Part shown: piece after piece, positions 37,401-40,119 of the stretch
Layout of the letters: each line of letters starts with the position of its first letter
Numbering within the stretch: the first letter of the stretch is position 1
Source of the DNA: Ancylonema sp.
Lineage: Eukaryota
NCBI GenBank assembly: GCA_050230475.1
Contig: JBFLGF010000065.1
Coordinates: 62,001-102,119, forward strand
Length of the DNA stretch: 40,119 bases
Reading direction: 5' to 3'
The notes under the pieces: model-generated
The model's database searches: none
The model's input: the letters and a program-made list of their open reading frames with translations, nothing else
Told to the model about the DNA's origin: nothing
Made by a program: the position numbers and the translations under genes

Positions 37401-40036
37401 GAGAAGAACAGGGCGAGGGTGGTGGACTATGAGGGGAGAGAGGTGCTGAGTGGGGCCTTCGACGGCCTCAAAGTGGGGCTCAACATGTACCCCAAGCAAA
37501 TGAAAGTGAGCGTGGAGCTGGCGTATTACGGGCTGACGGCGCCGGAGGGGGAGCTGATTGAGGTGGGGATGGGATGGGGGGGATGGGGGGTTGGGCACTG
37601 GGTGTGTAGTTTGGCAGATGCAGTCAGGATCCGGGCTGGGAAAGCCGTACCCGGCAGAAACCAGTTGTGTGTGCGTGTTGCATCGACAGACATGGATGAA
37701 GAGGCGTAACTGGCAAAATTCGCAGAACTGGCAGAATAGGCAGTATACCAAAGTCTGACAAAAGTGGCAGAATAGGCAGCATTGTGAAATCTGGCAGAAT
37801 TGGCAGAACTTGCGGGGTGGCAGAAGTGGCAGGGTTGTGGGGAATCGGTCGACCTGGGAGAAGTGGGTAGTGAGAGGGTTTTGCCTTTGTGTGGCAGAGC
37901 GTGAGTCGTCGGGGGCGGGAGGGTGCCTTATCTGCCTCCTATGTGCTGGACCCCCTGGAGCACGACAAGCTGGACTGGATGCTGCAGGCCACTATGTCAC
38001 CCTGCCACGTCACCGTCAGTGCTCCCGCATCCCAAAAACTTCCAAAACAGTAATCCCCCCCAAATCCTCTTGAGTAAAACCCAGAGAGCAAGGGGGAAAA
38101 AAAAAAAAAAAAAAAAAACCCAAAAAACTACAAAAAGTTTAGCAAAACCTTGATCCTTTCCTACCCCCACGCCCCCCCAAGCTGTGTGAGAGAGTGAGAA
38201 GCATTACCTGACAAAAGAGTGTCTCGGTCTTGGTCTTGGTTGTGACAGGTGTGGCGGGCGAGCGTGGACCGTTTCCTCAACTTTCTGACGAGTGGGCAGG
38301 CGGCCAGTCCCGGAGTGGCAGCAGAAACCGCAGCCCTGGTGCAGAACAAACTGGCAGATGTGCGACGTCAGGCCCAGGAGCAGCTGCAGCAGGCTCTGCA
38401 GCAGCGCTAGAGGTTCTCCATCGACCTCGATCTGGACGCCCCCAAGGTGGCCATCCCCGTGGGTGTGAACGCAGACGGGGGCAGAGATACGCAGCTGCTG
38501 CTGGATCTGGGCCACTTCACGCTCAAAACCGACCAGGTACTTCTTCAGTTGCTGCCTCTTGACTGGCTGCACCTGTGCTTGGTCTAGTAGGGTCATGATT
38601 TTTCACCTTTGACCCCCCCTGCTTTTGACTTTGACTTTGACTTTGGCTTTGAATTTGAGTTTCACATGAGTTGATTCGCCTCTGCCTCGTTTGGTGGGTG
38701 TGGCAGGACGAGACTCAGGAGGGCATGGAAAGTGCTCTGTACACGCGCTTCAAGGTGGCGGGTACGGATATCTCTGCCTTCCTGGTGGACGGGAGCTACG
38801 ATTGGAGTCACCCACGACCCCCCCGCGGGCGCCAGGGTTCGGAAGCGGAGGGGGCCGACAAGGGCCTCTTCATGTTGCCGGTGCTAGACCGATGCGGGAT
38901 GTCGGCGGTGCTGCAGCAGGTGGGGAAAACAGAGGGCTGGAATGACCGTCAGGTGAAACAACAGAGAGGTGAATGTTCTGGCGGTTTGGGGCGGGGTTTC
39001 TTTCTACGTGCAGATGATGATCCAGCACCCCAAGTACCCAACCACTCGGGTGGCTGTGTGGCTGCCTCGGCTGGGCTTCCATTTCTCCCCCGCGCGATTC
39101 GGGCGTCTCATGCGTGTCCTCCGCGCAGTCATGCCAGCGCCAGCAGGAAAGGAGGAGGGGGTAGAGGAGCAGGAGGAGGCGGGGAAGGGGGCTAAGGCGC
39201 TGGCTTGGCAGCCTGCAGACCATAGTGGTCCCATGTGGAATCTCAACTGGACTGTGAGTATGGGGTGGAAACGAGATGAGTATATGCATGTGTGTACGGT
39301 ATGTATGGATGTATGTATGTATGTATGTATGTATGCATGCTTGTATGTATGTACCTATGCATGTATGTATGTACGTACGTGTGTATGTATGTACGTATAT
39401 ATGGACATTATTAGATGTATTTGCATGTGTAGTTGTACGTGTATATGTAGGCATGTATGCATACGTGTATGCATGTCTACCTATCTGTATGTGTGTGTGT
39501 AGACAGACGTGCACGCGCATGTGTCTGAAGCAGTTGTGGAGAGAGGGGTGGTTCAGGGTATTGGGAGCACCACAGCAACATGGGAGCCACATTGGGGAGC
39601 GCTGTCGGGCGCTTTCTTTTACCTCCTGGATGATGAGAGTGCCACCTCGTACAGATTCTGCCACAGGTGACAGTCCTTACTTTTGCCATGACTGGCGAAA
39701 TGCGGCAGAAAGGTAGAAATGGCAGCAGAGGGATTCCTGGGTGTTCGTGTGTCTTGGGGATGAGTTTTTGATGTGTGGTAGTTGATGTGGGGTGAGGATG
39801 GAGGAGGAACTAAATTCATAGAGGCTGTGTGTGCACAAGGTCACATGGGCGTCTCTTTACATTGAGAAATATGAAATGGGTGAAGCAGTTGCTGAAGCAG
39901 TGAGTGAGTGGGGGGATGGGGTGGGATGGTGGGGGGCAGTCTGATCCGAAAAGCTATCGCAGAGATACCTCCAGATCTGATTGGGGGAACAGAGAACGTT
40001 ATCGCCATATGCAACCGAGGATACGACATCAATAAG
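31858..40036 (+). CDS. VPS13: VPS13 lipid-transfer protein (plant VPS13M type), 3'-partial, with in-frame TAG at 38408-38410. Exons 31858-31872, 32013-32094, 32588-32691, 32921-33016, 33366-33416, 33547-33603, 34044-34144, 34795-34912, 35160-35261, 35634-35837, 35926-36086, 36572-36733, 36966-37061, 37226-37562, 37898-38014, 38249-38536, 38707-38919, 39014-39253, 39557-39666, 39940-40036
   Basis: Chorein_N start [18 protein letters not shown]...[49 protein letters not shown]. Also [70 protein letters not shown] and the start of a PH-like domain ([16 protein letters not shown]). All exon phases are consistent. Confidence 0.95.
33669..33718. repeat. 8-mer tandem repeat (TGAAATCC/TGAAATGC) in a VPS13 intron
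   Basis: tgaaatgc tgaaatcc tgaaatgc tgaaatcc tgaaatcc tgaaatcc. Confidence 0.85.
34180..34700. repeat. Large intronic TA/CATA/TATG microsatellite
   Basis: ~500 bp low-complexity tract; source of the YIYIY ORFs. Confidence 0.95.
34955..35134. repeat. 9-mer minisatellite (TTCTGTACC, ~20 units) filling most of a VPS13 intron
   Basis: Directly visible periodicity with variants (ttccgtacc, ttgcgtatc, ttctgtatc). Confidence 0.95.
39285..39500. repeat. Intronic TATG/TGTA microsatellite
   Basis: Imperfect (gtat)n tract. Confidence 0.9.
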
Positions 40037-40119
40037 GTGAGGAGAAATGCTCTGGTCTGGTGTAGTAGAACCCCTCATCCAGAATATAAATATGAAAATA
40101 CAAAATATATATAAAATAT

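Noticed and set aside
38408..38410. Genome-wide TAG sense reassignment
   Set aside because: The Tic22-like gene (6689-6691) and the coiled-coil gene (25585-25587) end in TAG at plausible C-termini, and I saw no other in-frame TAG in the ~50 exons read.

Overview
Intron-rich eukaryotic nuclear DNA, most likely from a streptophyte (charophyte-type) green alga. That assignment is inferred from the plant-type gene families, G-rich exons and microsatellite-filled introns. Five genes can be assembled by hand from splice sites. (1) The 3' part of a Tic22-like gene (At5g62650 type, +), interrupted by a ~2.8/3.1 kb internal tandem duplication whose first copy is frameshifted and carries a 304 bp deletion. 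(2) A secreted acid/triacylglycerol-lipase-fold gene (+) whose catalytic GxSxG motif reads GYDQG. Upstream of it lies a diverged, truncated paralogue fragment between two near-identical 906 bp direct repeats. (3) A complete CAMTA transcription factor gene (+). (4) An unassigned coiled-coil protein gene (-). (5) The 5' part of a VPS13 (plant VPS13M-type) gene (+), which has an in-frame TAG inside a conserved exon. There are also three copies of an hAT-like MITE and many intronic micro/minisatellites. Most ORFs in the supplied track are spurious (microsatellite or antisense frames). Family assignments rest on recalled motifs, not database searches.
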